Positions 9,888-20,700 of a stretch of 64,000 bases of DNA are shown here, one piece after another (position 1 is the first letter of the stretch; the number at the start of each line of letters is the position of its first letter). Source of the stretch: Candidatus Omnitrophota bacterium (GTDB taxonomy: Bacteria; Omnitrophota; Gorgyraeia; Zapsychrales; Fredricksoniimonadaceae). Both the position numbers and the translations under genes were made by a program. The notes beneath the pieces are model-generated. The model did not search any database and was not told where the DNA came from. It saw only the letters and a program-made list of their open reading frames with translations. The stretch is from assembly GCA_903944345.1 (NCBI GenBank), contig CAJARJ010000002.1, positions 65,969 through 129,968 on the forward strand, read 5' to 3'.

Positions 9888-9953
9888 TGCTTGCTCCTTG
9901 TATCCGGCTATCCTGCTTCGAAAGAAACATCCCTTCTTCCTGATCGCAACCGG

Positions 9954-11084
9954 TCATTTGAAAATTTTTTTCATCTTGTCTTTAATCCCTGTGGTGGCAG
10001 CCCCAGCCTCTTCACCACTGACGCGCGCAAACTCTTCCAATAACCGCCTTTGCTCGGCATTCAGCTTCTGGGGAACGGCTATCATAACCCGTACATAAAG
10101 ATCACCAAAGACACCCTCCGAACGCAGATCAGGCATGCCTTTCTCGCGCACCCGAAAAAGCTTGCCGCTGGCTGTGCCGGGAGGAATTTTCATGGACACC
10201 TGCCCGGTCACCGTGGGAACCGTAACTTCGCCTCCCAAAGCCGCCTTGACAAAACTTACCGGCAAATCCATTTCCAGATCCCGTCCATTACGACGGAAAG
10301 TATCATGCTCCCTGATGCGTATCGAAAGATACAAATCTCCGGCCCCGCCGGGGCCAACTTCCCCCTCGTTGCGCACCCGCATCTGGGAATCGGTGTCCAG
10401 ACCCTTGGGGAAATTGACCTCGATCTCGCGCACATGCTTGACCGCGCCGCGTCCCTGGCAGCGGGGACAAATCTCCTTGATCATGCGGCCTTCTCCATGA
10501 CAGGCCGGACAGGTCTGGGCCATACGGAAAAATCCGCTGTTCATCATGACCTGTCCGCGGCCGCCGCAATGACGGCATTCCTCGACCGCGGTTCCATTCT
10601 TGGCTCCGGTGCCCTTACATTCCTGACAAACTTCATTGCGCGGCACCTTGATGGTCTTCTTGACCCCGGTATACGCCTCAACCAGTGTCAGGTCAATCTC
10701 ATACTGGATATCCCTGCCGCGAGCCGCCGAACGGCGCTGCCGGCCTCCGCCTCCGCCCCCTCCGAAAAACTGGCCCAAAATATCATCCAGACCGCCCTCA
10801 CCAAAAACACTGGAGAAATCCGCTCCGCGAAAAATGTCATCCGATGTATAATTCTGGTCAATACCGGAATGACCATACTGGTCGTAGGTCTGGCGTTTCT
10901 GCGGGTCAGAAAGCACTCCGTAAGCTTCGGAAATTTCCTTGAACTTTTCTTCGGCTTGTTTCTTCTCGGCTTCCTCAACCCGGTCGGGATGATAACGCAT
11001 CGCCAGCTGCCGGTAAGTACGTTTGATCTCGGCGGCATCGGCGCCTTTTTTAAGCCCAAGTATTTCGTAGTAGTCTTTTTTCAT
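9954..11084 (-). CDS. dnaJ: Chaperone DnaJ
   Basis: J domain with HPD, G/F region, four CxxCxGxG repeats. Confidence 0.97.
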   Translation of the reverse strand: MKKDYYEILGLKKGADAAEIKRTYRQLAMRYHPDRVEEAEKKQAEEKFKEISEAYGVLSDPQKRQTYDQYGHSGIDQNYTSDDIFRGADFSSVFGEGGLDDILGQFFGGGGGGGRQRRSAARGRDIQYEIDLTLVEAYTGVKKTIKVPRNEVCQECKGTGAKNGTAVEECRHCGGRGQVMMNSGFFRMAQTCPACHGEGRMIKEICPRCQGRGAVKHVREIEVNFPKGLDTDSQMRVRNEGEVGPGGAGDLYLSIRIREHDTFRRNGRDLEMDLPVSFVKAALGGEVTVPTVTGQVSMKIPPGTASGKLFRVREKGMPDLRSEGVFGDLYVRVMIAVPQKLNAEQRRLLEEFARVSGEEAGAATTGIKDKMKKIFK

Positions 11085-11090
11085 AATAAT

Positions 11091-11140
11091 AACACCGGGG
11101 ACGGAAGGCCCTTTGCTGCCCCCGTCCGTCGCCCGGTGTT
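11091..11140. other. Intercistronic stem-loop between dnaK and dnaJ
   Basis: AACACCGGG-GACGGA...TCCGTC-G-CCCGGTGTT inverted repeat. Confidence 0.55.
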
Positions 11141-11147
11141 CATCCTT

Positions 11148-13055
11148 TTATTTTTCTTTATCGTCGTTGACCTTGAAGTCCGCGTCGATCACATCATCTT
11201 TCTTGCCGGAAGACCTCTCCTCGCCGGACGACTTGCCGTCGGACATGGTTTCCGCCTGCGCGCCGGAGTCTTCTGCTCCGGGCTGCTGGGCTGCGGAAGC
11301 CTTGTACATTTCCTCGGCGAGCTTATGGCTGACCTTGGTAAGTGCCTCCATGGACGATTTGATCCGGTCGGCAGCCTTGTCGGTCACCGCCTGTTTGAGC
11401 GACTCCAGTTCCTTGAGAATACTTTCCCGCTCGGACTGGGGGACTTTCTCGCCGTAATCCTTGAGGCCTTTCTCGGTGGAATACACCAGGGCATTGGCCT
11501 GGTTGACCAGCTCGGCGGATTCCTTGTTCTTTTTATCTTCCTCAGCGTACTTTTCAGCCTCCTTGACCATCTTCTGGATTTCTTCCTCGGAAAGCTTCTT
11601 CGGCGAAGTAATCCGGATAGACTGCTCCTTGCCGGTGGCCTTGTCCTTGGCATGTACATGCACAATACCATTAACGTCGATATCGAATGTCACCTCGATC
11701 TGAGGGACCCCGCGCGGAGCCGGAGGAATGCCAATCAGGTCAAAACGTCCTAACTCGACGTTATCATTGGCCATCTGCCGTTCGCCCTGCAGGACACGGA
11801 TCGTGACCGCCGGCTGATTGTCCTCGGCCGTCGAGAACACATTGCTCTTCTTGGTCGGGATCGTGGTGTTACGCTCGATCATCTTGGTCATGATTCCGCC
11901 CATGGTCTCGATCCCCAGAGTCAGGGGAGTGACATCGAGCAACAGCACGTCCTTGACATCGCCACGAATGATGCCCGCCTGAACGGCCGCACCCAAAGCC
12001 ACGCATTCCATCGGATCAATGCCGCGCTCGATCTTCTGCCCAACTTCTTTCTCGACGAAATTCTGCACAATCGGCATGCGGGTCGGACCGCCAACCATGA
12101 TAATCTTGTCAACCTTCACATCTTCACCCAGTTTCGAACTGGCATCCTTGACCGCCTGGCGAATCGGCCCGCGACAGCGATCAACAATCGGTCCAACCAG
12201 ACTCTCCAGTTTGGCACGATCCAATGTCAGCGTCAGGTGCTTGGGTCCAGTAGAATCCGCCGTGATAAACGGCAGGTTAATCTCGGTCTGTACCGTGCTG
12301 GAAAGCTCGACTTTGGCTTTTTCCGCGGCCTCGCGCAGGCGATGAAACGCCATCTTGTCCTGCGAGAGATCCATCCCGTTTTCTTTCTTGAACTCGCCGA
12401 CAATATACGCAATCAGGGCATTGTCCATGTCAGTTCCACCCAGAAGATTGTCACCACTTGTCGAAAGAACCTCGAAAGTTCCGTTCTCACCCATCTCCAG
12501 AATGGTTACGTCCAGCGTTCCTCCGCCCAGATCGAACACCATAATCTTCTGTTCCTTGCCAGCCTTATCAACACCATAAGCCAGACAAGCCGCTGTCGGC
12601 TCATTAATAATACGCATAACCTTGAGGCCAGCAATCTCACCAGCGTCCTTGGTAGCCTGACGCTGATTATCATTAAAATAAGCCGGAACAGTAATGACCG
12701 CCCCCTCCACCACATCACCCAGATATTTCTCGGAATCGGCCTTGATCTTCTGCAAAATAAAAGCTGAAATCTGCTGCGGCGTAAACTCCTTGCCCGTGAC
12801 GGCAAACTTGTGATCCGTCCCCATCTTGCGCTTGGCAGCGTAAATGGTGCCCTGTGAATTCATAGCCGCCTGCCGACGTGCCGGCTCACCCACCAGCCGC
12901 TCACCGTCCTTGGTGAACGCCACGAATGACGGAAACGCCTTGCCTGAGGAAACACCCGCACCCTCCGCCGAAGGAATAATTACCGGACGGCCGCCTTCCA
13001 TGACCGCTGCCGCGGAATTTGATGTCCCCAAATCGATTCCAATATACTTACCCAT
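11148..13055 (-). CDS. dnaK: Chaperone DnaK (Hsp70)
   Basis: [38 protein letters not shown]. Confidence 0.98.
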   Translation of the reverse strand: MGKYIGIDLGTSNSAAAVMEGGRPVIIPSAEGAGVSSGKAFPSFVAFTKDGERLVGEPARRQAAMNSQGTIYAAKRKMGTDHKFAVTGKEFTPQQISAFILQKIKADSEKYLGDVVEGAVITVPAYFNDNQRQATKDAGEIAGLKVMRIINEPTAACLAYGVDKAGKEQKIMVFDLGGGTLDVTILEMGENGTFEVLSTSGDNLLGGTDMDNALIAYIVGEFKKENGMDLSQDKMAFHRLREAAEKAKVELSSTVQTEINLPFITADSTGPKHLTLTLDRAKLESLVGPIVDRCRGPIRQAVKDASSKLGEDVKVDKIIMVGGPTRMPIVQNFVEKEVGQKIERGIDPMECVALGAAVQAGIIRGDVKDVLLLDVTPLTLGIETMGGIMTKMIERNTTIPTKKSNVFSTAEDNQPAVTIRVLQGERQMANDNVELGRFDLIGIPPAPRGVPQIEVTFDIDVNGIVHVHAKDKATGKEQSIRITSPKKLSEEEIQKMVKEAEKYAEEDKKNKESAELVNQANALVYSTEKGLKDYGEKVPQSERESILKELESLKQAVTDKAADRIKSSMEALTKVSHKLAEEMYKASAAQQPGAEDSGAQAETMSDGKSSGEERSSGKKDDVIDADFKVNDDKEK

Positions 13056-13094
13056 ATCACTACCTCCCCGTTAATAAACGCAATATTTTCCCCG

Positions 13095-13640
13095 TCAGGC
13101 ACTCTCCGCCGGAAGGCGGGACACCTTGACCTTGGCCGTGCGAACAACCCTGTCGCCCAGTTTGTAGCCTTTTTGAAAGACCTCCAGAATCTGCCCGTCC
13201 TCATGCTCGCTGGAATCCACCGCCAGAAGCACTTCGTGGCAATGATGATCAAACTTGCGGCCAAGCGCTTCGACCTCGCTGACATCATATTTTTTCAACA
13301 ATTCCTGCATTCGCTTGTAGACCATCTCGACACCCTTGAGTAAAACTGCACTCTCTGCCGGATTGCTGCGTGCCGCCGCAACCGTACGTTCGAAATCCTC
13401 GTAAAAGCCCAGAACCTCAACGATAACTTCCTCGTGCGCGTAACGAATCAGCTCGGTACGCTCCCTCTCCACGCGTTTGCGCATATTTTCAAACTCAGCC
13501 AGAATGCGTACATTGCGATCCTTGAGCGAGGCAACGTCCTGCCTGAGCATATCAAGTTCGCTGCCAGCTTCCTCAGAGGAGGGTTCCACACCTTCACCTT
13601 GTTCTGCCGCATTCATTTCCGGAACCTGATCCTTGTCCAT
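13095..13640 (-). CDS. grpE: Nucleotide exchange factor GrpE
   Basis: AEFENMRKR, FDHHCHEV, FQKGYKLGDRVVRTAKV; start moved to ATG 13640, which has a GGAG RBS. Confidence 0.95.
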   Translation of the reverse strand: MDKDQVPEMNAAEQGEGVEPSSEEAGSELDMLRQDVASLKDRNVRILAEFENMRKRVERERTELIRYAHEEVIVEVLGFYEDFERTVAAARSNPAESAVLLKGVEMVYKRMQELLKKYDVSEVEALGRKFDHHCHEVLLAVDSSEHEDGQILEVFQKGYKLGDRVVRTAKVKVSRLPAESA

Positions 13641-13666
13641 AATAATCTCTTTCTCCACAAACCGGA

Positions 13667-14398
13667 TTAGACCGTTTCTTTTATCGTCTCGGCCACACAT
13701 TCCAGAACCGATACCACGCGCTCATAATCCATACGAGCCGGTCCAAGAACCGCAATATGTCCGCTGGGGCCGCGACGTGTCTGGAACTTGGCCACCGCCA
13801 TAGCACAATCGTCAAAAGCGGAACAGGCGGTCTCTCTTCCTATATATATGCTGATCTTCTGATCCAGATTCCGGCGAATAACCTCCAGCACCCGCTCTTT
13901 TTCCTCAAGAATCTGCAGAATTTCCGCCATCTTCTGCAATCCCCGCGTGCCGACCGCACTGGCCAGATAATTTGTTCCGCGCATGGAATACGCTCCGCCG
14001 ACTCCGTCTATCGTGACAATGCTCGCGCAATGAGTCAAATCCGCCATCACACGCGAGGTTTTCTCGATAAGCACCTGCAGTTCACGTACACCTTCATTAT
14101 ATTCTCTCTGAATACGAATCCGCTCCTCTTCCAGCAAACAGATCTCTTTCATCAAATAATCAACAAAATAACGGTAACCCCGCAAAGTAGGCATTCGTCC
14201 TGCGGAAGTGTGCGGATGCGTCAGATAGCCCTCTTCTTCAAGTTCAGCCAGGATATTACGAATCGTGGCTGAACTAACCTCCTGCTCATACCCCTCGGCA
14301 ATAAACGCCGAACTGACCGGTTCAAGCGTCTGCACATACTGATGCACAACCATGCTCAGAACAATGTCTTTTCTTTGCCTGGGATCCACTCTAACCAT
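13667..14398 (-). CDS. hrcA: Heat-inducible transcription repressor HrcA (short form)
   Basis: SSATIRN, HPHTSAGRMPT, GYRYFVD, LGPARMDY; 243 aa. Confidence 0.93.
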   Translation of the reverse strand: MVRVDPRQRKDIVLSMVVHQYVQTLEPVSSAFIAEGYEQEVSSATIRNILAELEEEGYLTHPHTSAGRMPTLRGYRYFVDYLMKEICLLEEERIRIQREYNEGVRELQVLIEKTSRVMADLTHCASIVTIDGVGGAYSMRGTNYLASAVGTRGLQKMAEILQILEEKERVLEVIRRNLDQKISIYIGRETACSAFDDCAMAVAKFQTRRGPSGHIAVLGPARMDYERVVSVLECVAETIKETV

Positions 14399-14452
14399 AA
14401 GGCCTGTCTCCGTAAGGACAAGATTTACCCATAACTGCGTATTTTTGCTATT

Positions 14453-14479
14453 TTAGCACTCTTGGCGCATGTTTGCCAG
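14453..14479. promoter_or_regulatory. CIRCE-like operator upstream of hrcA
   Basis: TTAGCACTC-N9-GTTTGCCAG; one perfect arm, other arm 5/9. Confidence 0.8.
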
Positions 14480-14485
14480 CCCGGC

Positions 14486-14514
14486 ATTATAAGAAAAAGC
14501 ATCCCGAATGTCAA
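14486..14514 (-). promoter_or_regulatory. Consensus sigma70 promoter of hrcA-grpE-dnaK-dnaJ
   Basis: Minus strand TTGACA-N17-TATAAT immediately upstream of the CIRCE. Confidence 0.88.
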
Positions 14515-14556
14515 ATACACTAATAATAGCCGTTTACGTACCTCACTTTACAATAC

Positions 14557-16695
14557 TTAAAGTATCACAGAGATGCTTAAACCTGCTTCTGCGACATCAA
14601 CACCTATAGTCTGCCCGTCCGTAAATTCGCCTTCCAAAAGCTTCGTGGCAATCGGATCCTGAACCTTGCGCTGGATCAGTCTTTTGAGCGGCCGCGCCCC
14701 GAAATGCGGATCATACCCTTGCTGCGCCAAAAAATCACGGGCCGCAGGAGTAACCCTCAGAACTATCTTGCGCCCGCTCAGACGAGAGATCAGCTGACGC
14801 AGCTGAATATCGACAATCGCAACCATATCTGTCTGACGCAGGCGCTCAAACACAACAATCTCGTCAATCCGGTTAAGAAATTCCGGACGGAACACCTGCT
14901 GCATGGCCTCGCGTACCTTAGCCTCGATTCCGGCACGGGAGCCTTCTTCCAGCGTATAATCAGTTCCTACATTCGAGGTCATAATCACAATCGTATTACA
15001 GAAATTGACCACCCGACCCTGCCCGTCGGTCAGCCGCCCGTCATCCAGCAGCTGCAGCAAAAGATTAAACACATCCGGATGAGCCTTCTCTATCTCGTCG
15101 AACAGAAGAACACTGTAGGGCTTGCGCCGAACCGCCTCGGTCAGCTGTCCGCCTTCGTCGTAACCCACATACCCCGGAGGAGCCCCGATCAGACGCGCCA
15201 CCGCATGCTTCTCCATATACTCGCTCATATCAATCCGGGTCATGGCCCCCTCGTCGTCAAAAAGAAATTCCGCCAGGGCCTTGGCGAGTTCCGTTTTTCC
15301 CACACCGGTTGGCCCGACAAAGATGAACGAACCTACCGGACGATGCGGATCACTCAGCCCCGCGCGGGAACGGCGCACACAACTACCCACCAAAGACAAA
15401 GCTTCATCCTGACCCACCACCCGGCGCCGAAGATTTTCTTCAATCCGCACCAGCTTCTGAGCCTCCCCTTCCATCAGCCGTTCCAGCGGAATGCGGGTCC
15501 ATTTGGAGATCACCGCAGCTACGTCGGAGTCCTCCACTTCTTCTTTCAGAAGCGGCTGCCCCTGCTGCACCTCTTGCAACTGGCGATTCTTTTCCTGCAA
15601 ATTCTTTTCCAGCTCGACCAGACGACCATAGCGGATCTCGGCCGCACGGCCAAGATTCCCTTCACGTTCGGCCCGCGCCCCTTCGAGCCTCAGTTCCTCT
15701 TCACGTTTCTTGATACTGCGAATATCTTCTATAAACACCTTCTCCTGCTTCCAGCGCGTGCGTAAAAACTCGCTCTCCTTGCCCAGCTGTTGAAGCTGAA
15801 GCTCCAGCTTTTCCAGACGTTCCCGCGAAGCCTGGTCCTTTTCTTTCTTGAGTGCTTGTCTTTCAATTTCCAGCTGACGAATACGCCGCTCATTCTGGTC
15901 AAGCACCTGAGGCATACTGTCAATCTCGATCCTCAGCCGGGACGCCGCCTCATCAATCAGGTCAATAGCCTTGTCCGGAAGAAAACGATCACTGATATAA
16001 CGCTCGGACATGACCGCGGCCGCTACCAGCGCATTGTCACGAATCCGAACGCCATGATGAATCTCGTAGCGTTCCTTAAGGCCGCGCAGAATGGCAATGG
16101 TATCCTCCACCGACGGCTCGCTGACCACCACCGGCTGGAAGCGCCTTTCGAGCGCGGCATCTTTTTCGATATACTGACGATATTCATCAAGCGTCGTAGC
16201 CCCGATGCAGCGCAGAGATCCGCGGGCCAGCGCCGGCTTGAGCATATTGGAAGCATCCATGGACCCTTCCGCCCGCCCGGTGCCGACGATGGTGTGCAAT
16301 TCATCAATAAAAAGGATCACCTCGCCGTCGCGCTCTTCAACCTCCTTGAGCACGGCGCGCAGCCTTTCCTCGAACTCGCCGCGAAACTTGGCTCCGGCCA
16401 CCAGAGCCCCCATATCCAGAACTATCACCTTGCGGTTCTTAAGGCTTTCGGGCACATCCGCCGACTGCACCCGCTGGGCGAGCCCTTCGACAATAGCGGT
16501 TTTCCCCACACCCGGGTCTCCGATCAGGACCGGATTGTTCTTTGTCCGACGCGCCAGAACCTGGATCACGCGGCGAATCTCCTCATCGCGCCCGATAACA
16601 GGATCCAATTTTCCCCGCGCGGCCAGCGCGGTCAAATCCCGTCCGTACTTCTCCAGCGCTTTCTGTGCTGTCTGTTCCGGTTCCTGTGAATACAC
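14557..16695 (-). CDS. clpB: Disaggregase ClpB lacking the N-terminal Clp-repeat domain
   Basis: [17 protein letters not shown], coiled-coil M domain (RAAEIRYG), [20 protein letters not shown]; 712 aa, GTG start. Confidence 0.93.
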   Translation of the reverse strand: MYSQEPEQTAQKALEKYGRDLTALAARGKLDPVIGRDEEIRRVIQVLARRTKNNPVLIGDPGVGKTAIVEGLAQRVQSADVPESLKNRKVIVLDMGALVAGAKFRGEFEERLRAVLKEVEERDGEVILFIDELHTIVGTGRAEGSMDASNMLKPALARGSLRCIGATTLDEYRQYIEKDAALERRFQPVVVSEPSVEDTIAILRGLKERYEIHHGVRIRDNALVAAAVMSERYISDRFLPDKAIDLIDEAASRLRIEIDSMPQVLDQNERRIRQLEIERQALKKEKDQASRERLEKLELQLQQLGKESEFLRTRWKQEKVFIEDIRSIKKREEELRLEGARAEREGNLGRAAEIRYGRLVELEKNLQEKNRQLQEVQQGQPLLKEEVEDSDVAAVISKWTRIPLERLMEGEAQKLVRIEENLRRRVVGQDEALSLVGSCVRRSRAGLSDPHRPVGSFIFVGPTGVGKTELAKALAEFLFDDEGAMTRIDMSEYMEKHAVARLIGAPPGYVGYDEGGQLTEAVRRKPYSVLLFDEIEKAHPDVFNLLLQLLDDGRLTDGQGRVVNFCNTIVIMTSNVGTDYTLEEGSRAGIEAKVREAMQQVFRPEFLNRIDEIVVFERLRQTDMVAIVDIQLRQLISRLSGRKIVLRVTPAARDFLAQQGYDPHFGARPLKRLIQRKVQDPIATKLLEGEFTDGQTIGVDVAEAGLSISVIL

Positions 16696-16709
16696 CCTGC
16701 ACCCCCCTG

Positions 16710-17393
16710 TTACTTCACTTCAACTTTTCTGCTATCTGCCTTCTGATCGGCAGCAGGCTTTCTGGCCACCGTCACCGTCAAAACACCGTTCTCGTAAGCC
16801 GCCTGCACATTCTCCCCCGAGGCATCTTCCGGCAAAGCGATAGCCCGTGAAAAATACCCGAAACTTCTTTGCTGACGATAGAAACGCCCCTGGTTTTCTT
16901 CCTTACTCTCACCGGAACGTTCCCCCGATATAACCAGGACTCCGTTTTTGACCTCGACATTGATACTGGCCTTATCCATTCCGGGGATATCGAATGTCAG
17001 CACATATTCCTTCTCATTTTCCTTAATATCATAATCCGGATCAAAAGATCCGGTGTGCCCCGGCATCAACATGCCCGGATGAGAGCCCGTTCCCGGAAAA
17101 CCGCCCATCAAAGCCTGCATCCGGCGCTGAAGAATGTCCATCTGGGTAAAAGGATCCCAGGCATCATATCCCGCCAAAGAAGGGCCCGAAAGATTGGCCG
17201 TGCTGCGGGCAGTGACGGCCGCAGGAGCCGCCATCGCCCTGGCCTCTAATCCTGCCACCTGACGCCGAAGCTGAAGCACTTCTTTCCTGAGATCGTCCAC
17301 ATTTTCGCCCTTGCCCCACACCTTGACAGCGAGAACCAGAATAATAATTCCCAAAGCAATAAAACCGTAACCCGTTCTTCCTATCTTACCCAT
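16710..17393 (-). CDS. Hsp20/alpha-crystallin protein with N-terminal hydrophobic signal or anchor
   Basis: C-terminal DIPGMDK...ISGER...[10 protein letters not shown]...[10 protein letters not shown]; N-terminal [13 protein letters not shown] followed by a coiled coil. Confidence 0.88.
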   Translation of the reverse strand: MGKIGRTGYGFIALGIIILVLAVKVWGKGENVDDLRKEVLQLRRQVAGLEARAMAAPAAVTARSTANLSGPSLAGYDAWDPFTQMDILQRRMQALMGGFPGTGSHPGMLMPGHTGSFDPDYDIKENEKEYVLTFDIPGMDKASINVEVKNGVLVISGERSGESKEENQGRFYRQQRSFGYFSRAIALPEDASGENVQAAYENGVLTVTVARKPAADQKADSRKVEVK

Positions 17394-17495
17394 GATAAGC
17401 CTCCTCTGTTGTCTTCATCTGCCCGCATGAAAGAATCACACGAGAAAGAATATCCACCAGAAAAATATTACCCATAATCCATCACCTTCCACTTC

Positions 17496-17963
17496 TTATT
17501 TAACCTCAACCCGGATTTGCCGGGGCTTAGCATCTTCTTTCTTGGCGATCGTCAGCTCAAGAACTCCATTATGGAATTTTGCATTCACGCGTGCGGAATC
17601 AACGCTGGACGGCAGCGTGAAAGCCCGGTGAAAAACACCATAATAGCGTTCCGACCGGACAACCTCCGCTTCTTTCTGTTCATGCTCCTGTTTCTTTTCT
17701 CCACGAATGGAAAGCACGTTATTCTCGATAGTTACCTCAATGTCTTCTTTGACCAGACCCGGCAACTCGGCTCTGACGATCACATTATCCTTATGATCAA
17801 GCACTTCCACCGCCGGAGTCCAGTAGCCGGCCAAAAGAGAGGCATCCTGATCAGCCATACCTTGGCCAAGGTCAAAAAACCGGTTCAAATCTCTTTGGAA
17901 CTTGTCGAGTTCGTAAAAAGGGTTCTTCCAGCCTGCATTGGATTTTCTTGGAACAATCATCAT
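17496..17963 (-). CDS. Hsp20/alpha-crystallin small heat-shock protein
   Basis: AELPGL, ERYYGVFHRAFTLP, FHNGVLELTI, IRV tail. Confidence 0.95.
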   Translation of the reverse strand: MMIVPRKSNAGWKNPFYELDKFQRDLNRFFDLGQGMADQDASLLAGYWTPAVEVLDHKDNVIVRAELPGLVKEDIEVTIENNVLSIRGEKKQEHEQKEAEVVRSERYYGVFHRAFTLPSSVDSARVNAKFHNGVLELTIAKKEDAKPRQIRVEVK

Positions 17964-18012
17964 AGTCCCCTCCTTGTGTTTTAGAAGTTTTTGGTTTTCT
18001 CAAGCGCTCGAC

Positions 18013-18039
18013 CTGTCACTCTACCAGCCAGAGTGCTAA
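18013..18039. promoter_or_regulatory. CIRCE-like operator upstream of hsp20-hsp20-clpB
   Basis: CTGTCACTC-N9-GAGTGCTAA; one perfect arm, other arm 6/9. Confidence 0.82.
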
Positions 18040-18057
18040 TTACTGTCTAAAAAATTT

Positions 18058-18345
18058 TTAGCTTTCTCTCTGCGAAATTTTTAGAACCACTTTGACGCTG
18101 CTGATGCTCACCTGCTGATCTTCCATAAGATACCTTATATAATTCAGCGTACGAATCTGTTCCTGGGAGTAACATCTAGTCCTGACCCCGACTCTCCGGG
18201 GGCTGACCACACCCATCTCATCCAGCTTTCTCAAAGTCCATATCGGCATACCCACCAGATCACAAGCAACGCCGATTACAAACAACGGAGCTTGCGGATC
18301 AATCTGAAAATCAAAGTTTCCGATATTCTTGACGTTTTCTTTCAT
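18058..18345 (-). CDS. MerR-family regulator, HspR-like
   Basis: PLFVIGVACDLVGMPIWTLRKLDEMGVVSPRR...RCYS; heat-shock gene context. Confidence 0.82.
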   Translation of the reverse strand: MKENVKNIGNFDFQIDPQAPLFVIGVACDLVGMPIWTLRKLDEMGVVSPRRVGVRTRCYSQEQIRTLNYIRYLMEDQQVSISSVKVVLKISQRES

Positions 18346-18364
18346 AGCCGCGCATCCGAGTAAA

Positions 18365-18393
18365 TTTATAATACAAAATCACCACTATGTCAA
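18365..18393 (-). promoter_or_regulatory. Sigma70-type promoter of the HspR-like gene
   Basis: Minus strand TTGACA-N17-TATAAA. Confidence 0.7.
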
Positions 18394-18439
18394 GAAAATA
18401 TTTCCATTATGGTTAGATAATCTAACTGACAAAGTTGTC

Positions 18440-19705
18440 CTACTCAACTGTCGCCCCACTCCCCGTTGCCACCGGAGAGAGTCGTCCGGCCAGATGCCGT
18501 GGTACATGCGCCTGCAAATGAATCCCCTCGGGTAAATATTCCTCCAGCACAACATCTCCCTGCGCGTAAGCCAGGCTGACCAGATCCATGCGTGTTGCAG
18601 GCAGAACAACATCAACCGTGACAATGAGGTCCGCCAGCTGCAACTCAACTTTTTCCAGCAACCCTTCCAGATTCATCCGCTCGGAAGCCGAAACCAGAAC
18701 AGTATTTCCGCTGCGGGCACGCAAAGCCTCGAGATCGGCCGGGTCATGCAGCAAATCAATCTTGTTAAACACCAGAACTGTCGGCTTGTCCAGACAGTCA
18801 AGCTGCCCAAGCACCTCGTCAACCGACAGCTTGAACTTGTGGTAATGAGGATTGCTGACATCAATCACATGCAGCAAAAGATCGGCGGATCGCACCTCTT
18901 CCAGCGTGGCCTTAAACGCCTCGATCAGCCGATGCGGCAAGGCGTGCATAAAACCGACGGTATCAGAAAAAACAACCTTCTGCCGATTGGGTAATAAACA
19001 CTGCCGGGCCACAGAATCCAGAGTTGTGAACAACCCGTTACGTGTCAGCTGATCCGCTCCGGTCAAGGCATTCAGCAAAGTCGACTTGCCCGCATTGGTA
19101 TAACCCACCAGAGATACCAGCGGAACATACCGCCCTTCCCGGCGTTTACGTTTGACCTCCCGAACCCGGGTCACATCCTGCAGTTCCTTGCGCAGGCGGT
19201 CAATCCGCTGTTCAATACGCCGCCGGTCCGACTCCAGCTTGGTTTCGCCGGGCCCCAAAGTGCCGATGCCGCCGCCCTGCCGGGAAAGCTGTTCGTAATT
19301 CCCGGCCAAACGGGGCAAGCGATATTCCAGCTGGGCCAGCTCGACCTGCAACTTCCCTTCCTGCGATTTCGCCCTCCGGGCAAAAATATCCAGAATAAGC
19401 GTCGTACGATCCAGCGTCTTGACCAGGAAAGCTTCCTCCAGATTCCGCTGATGATGCCCCTTAAGCTCCTCGCTAAAAACCACCATCTGTATGCTTTGAT
19501 CCCGTACCAGTCCGGAAATCTCTTCCACCTTGCCTTTATGAATAAGGGTCGCAGGCGTCGGCGGATCAGCCGGACAGTAAACAACAGTAACCGGATCTCC
19601 TCCACAAGCCCTGACCAGTTCCTGCATTTCACCGGCCATATCCGCAGCCGACCAGGCTGACCGGTCTTTAAAATCAATCACCGCAACCAGAACTTTTTCA
19701 ACCAC
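18440..19705 (-). CDS. hflX: GTPase HflX
   Basis: GPGETKLESDRR, GYTNAGKS, LFTTLD, DTVGF, NKID; start uncertain (GTG 19705 chosen; ORF is open to 19861). Confidence 0.94.
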   Translation of the reverse strand: MVEKVLVAVIDFKDRSAWSAADMAGEMQELVRACGGDPVTVVYCPADPPTPATLIHKGKVEEISGLVRDQSIQMVVFSEELKGHHQRNLEEAFLVKTLDRTTLILDIFARRAKSQEGKLQVELAQLEYRLPRLAGNYEQLSRQGGGIGTLGPGETKLESDRRRIEQRIDRLRKELQDVTRVREVKRKRREGRYVPLVSLVGYTNAGKSTLLNALTGADQLTRNGLFTTLDSVARQCLLPNRQKVVFSDTVGFMHALPHRLIEAFKATLEEVRSADLLLHVIDVSNPHYHKFKLSVDEVLGQLDCLDKPTVLVFNKIDLLHDPADLEALRARSGNTVLVSASERMNLEGLLEKVELQLADLIVTVDVVLPATRMDLVSLAYAQGDVVLEEYLPEGIHLQAHVPRHLAGRLSPVATGSGATVE

Positions 19706-19758
19706 AACTCCCCCCGATCCTTCCTGAGCCAAACTTTTTCTGAACGCCTTAACAACAA

Positions 19759-20700
19759 TTACACCTCTGCCAGGCGTTGGGCAATGAATGCCGCGGTCTG
19801 TGCTGGCGACTGCCCACAAGGAATCCCGATATGTTCCAGCCGGGCCTCCCGGCGGAACCACGTCAATTGACGCTTGATATAACGCCGGGTATTGCGCTGG
19901 ATAAGATCCCTGGAGCGCTGCAAATCATAAGCTCCGCAAAGAAAACCGGTAATCTCCGGCACTCCGATCATTTTGGCGGCGGAAGCAGACAATTTCAGCT
20001 CCTGCAAAGCTTTTATCTCCTCGACCAGTCCAAGGGCGAACATATCCTCAACCCGGGCATCAGCCCGTGCGTAAAGTTCCTCCCGGGGACGATCCAGAAA
20101 AAACAATCTTACCCGATAACGCCCCCCCCACAGGCCAACCCTTTCTCCCTGCAGGGAAGAAAGCGTGCGTCCTTCCAGGGCAAATATCTCCAGTGCACGA
20201 ATAATCCGCTGACGATCATTGGTCTTGATCTTTGCCGCCGAGACCGGATCAACCGCGCACAGCCGGTCATACAAGCATGAACAGCCGCGCCGCGCACATT
20301 CGTCCTCGAGCGCCTGACGCAAGGCCGGATCCGGTTGACGGGAGGATTCGAATATCCCGTCCAGAAGAACCGCCATATACATCCCGCTGCCTCCGCAGAA
20401 TACCGGCAAACGGCCACGGGACAAAACATCCTCAAAAGCAGAACAGGCTAGCGTACGGTAACGCCCTGCATTGAAAAGCTCCTCAACCGAAACACAACCG
20501 AAAAGATGATGCCTGACGGCTGCCATAGCCGCAGCAGAAGGCCGGTCACTGGCAATCCGGATTTCCCGATAGACCTGCAAAGCGTCACAGGAAATAATTT
20601 CCCCCTGCAGACAAGCGGCCAGCTCAAGAGCAACGGCGGACTTGCCCACCGCGCTGGGGCCAACAATAAAAACAATATCGCTCGATAACGATGTCTTCAC
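19759..20700 (-). CDS. miaA: tRNA dimethylallyltransferase
   Basis: GPSAVGKS, DALQVYR, GGSGMY, TRRYIKRQLTWFR; conserved miaA-hflX linkage. Confidence 0.95.
   Translation of the reverse strand: MKTSLSSDIVFIVGPSAVGKSAVALELAACLQGEIISCDALQVYREIRIASDRPSAAAMAAVRHHLFGCVSVEELFNAGRYRTLACSAFEDVLSRGRLPVFCGGSGMYMAVLLDGIFESSRQPDPALRQALEDECARRGCSCLYDRLCAVDPVSAAKIKTNDRQRIIRALEIFALEGRTLSSLQGERVGLWGGRYRVRLFFLDRPREELYARADARVEDMFALGLVEEIKALQELKLSASAAKMIGVPEITGFLCGAYDLQRSRDLIQRNTRRYIKRQLTWFRREARLEHIGIPCGQSPAQTAAFIAQRLAEV

Noticed and set aside
10050-11753. 567 aa plus-strand ORF, and similar long ones at 36062-37567, 39493-40896, 43244-44902 and 14704-15765
   Set aside because: Antisense to well-supported genes (dnaJ/dnaK, secA, ychF, paralog 2, clpB); no motifs; expected from codon bias at this GC.
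17995-18012. Possible HAIR operator (CTCAAG half-site)
   Set aside because: No matching second arm at the 7-nt spacing.
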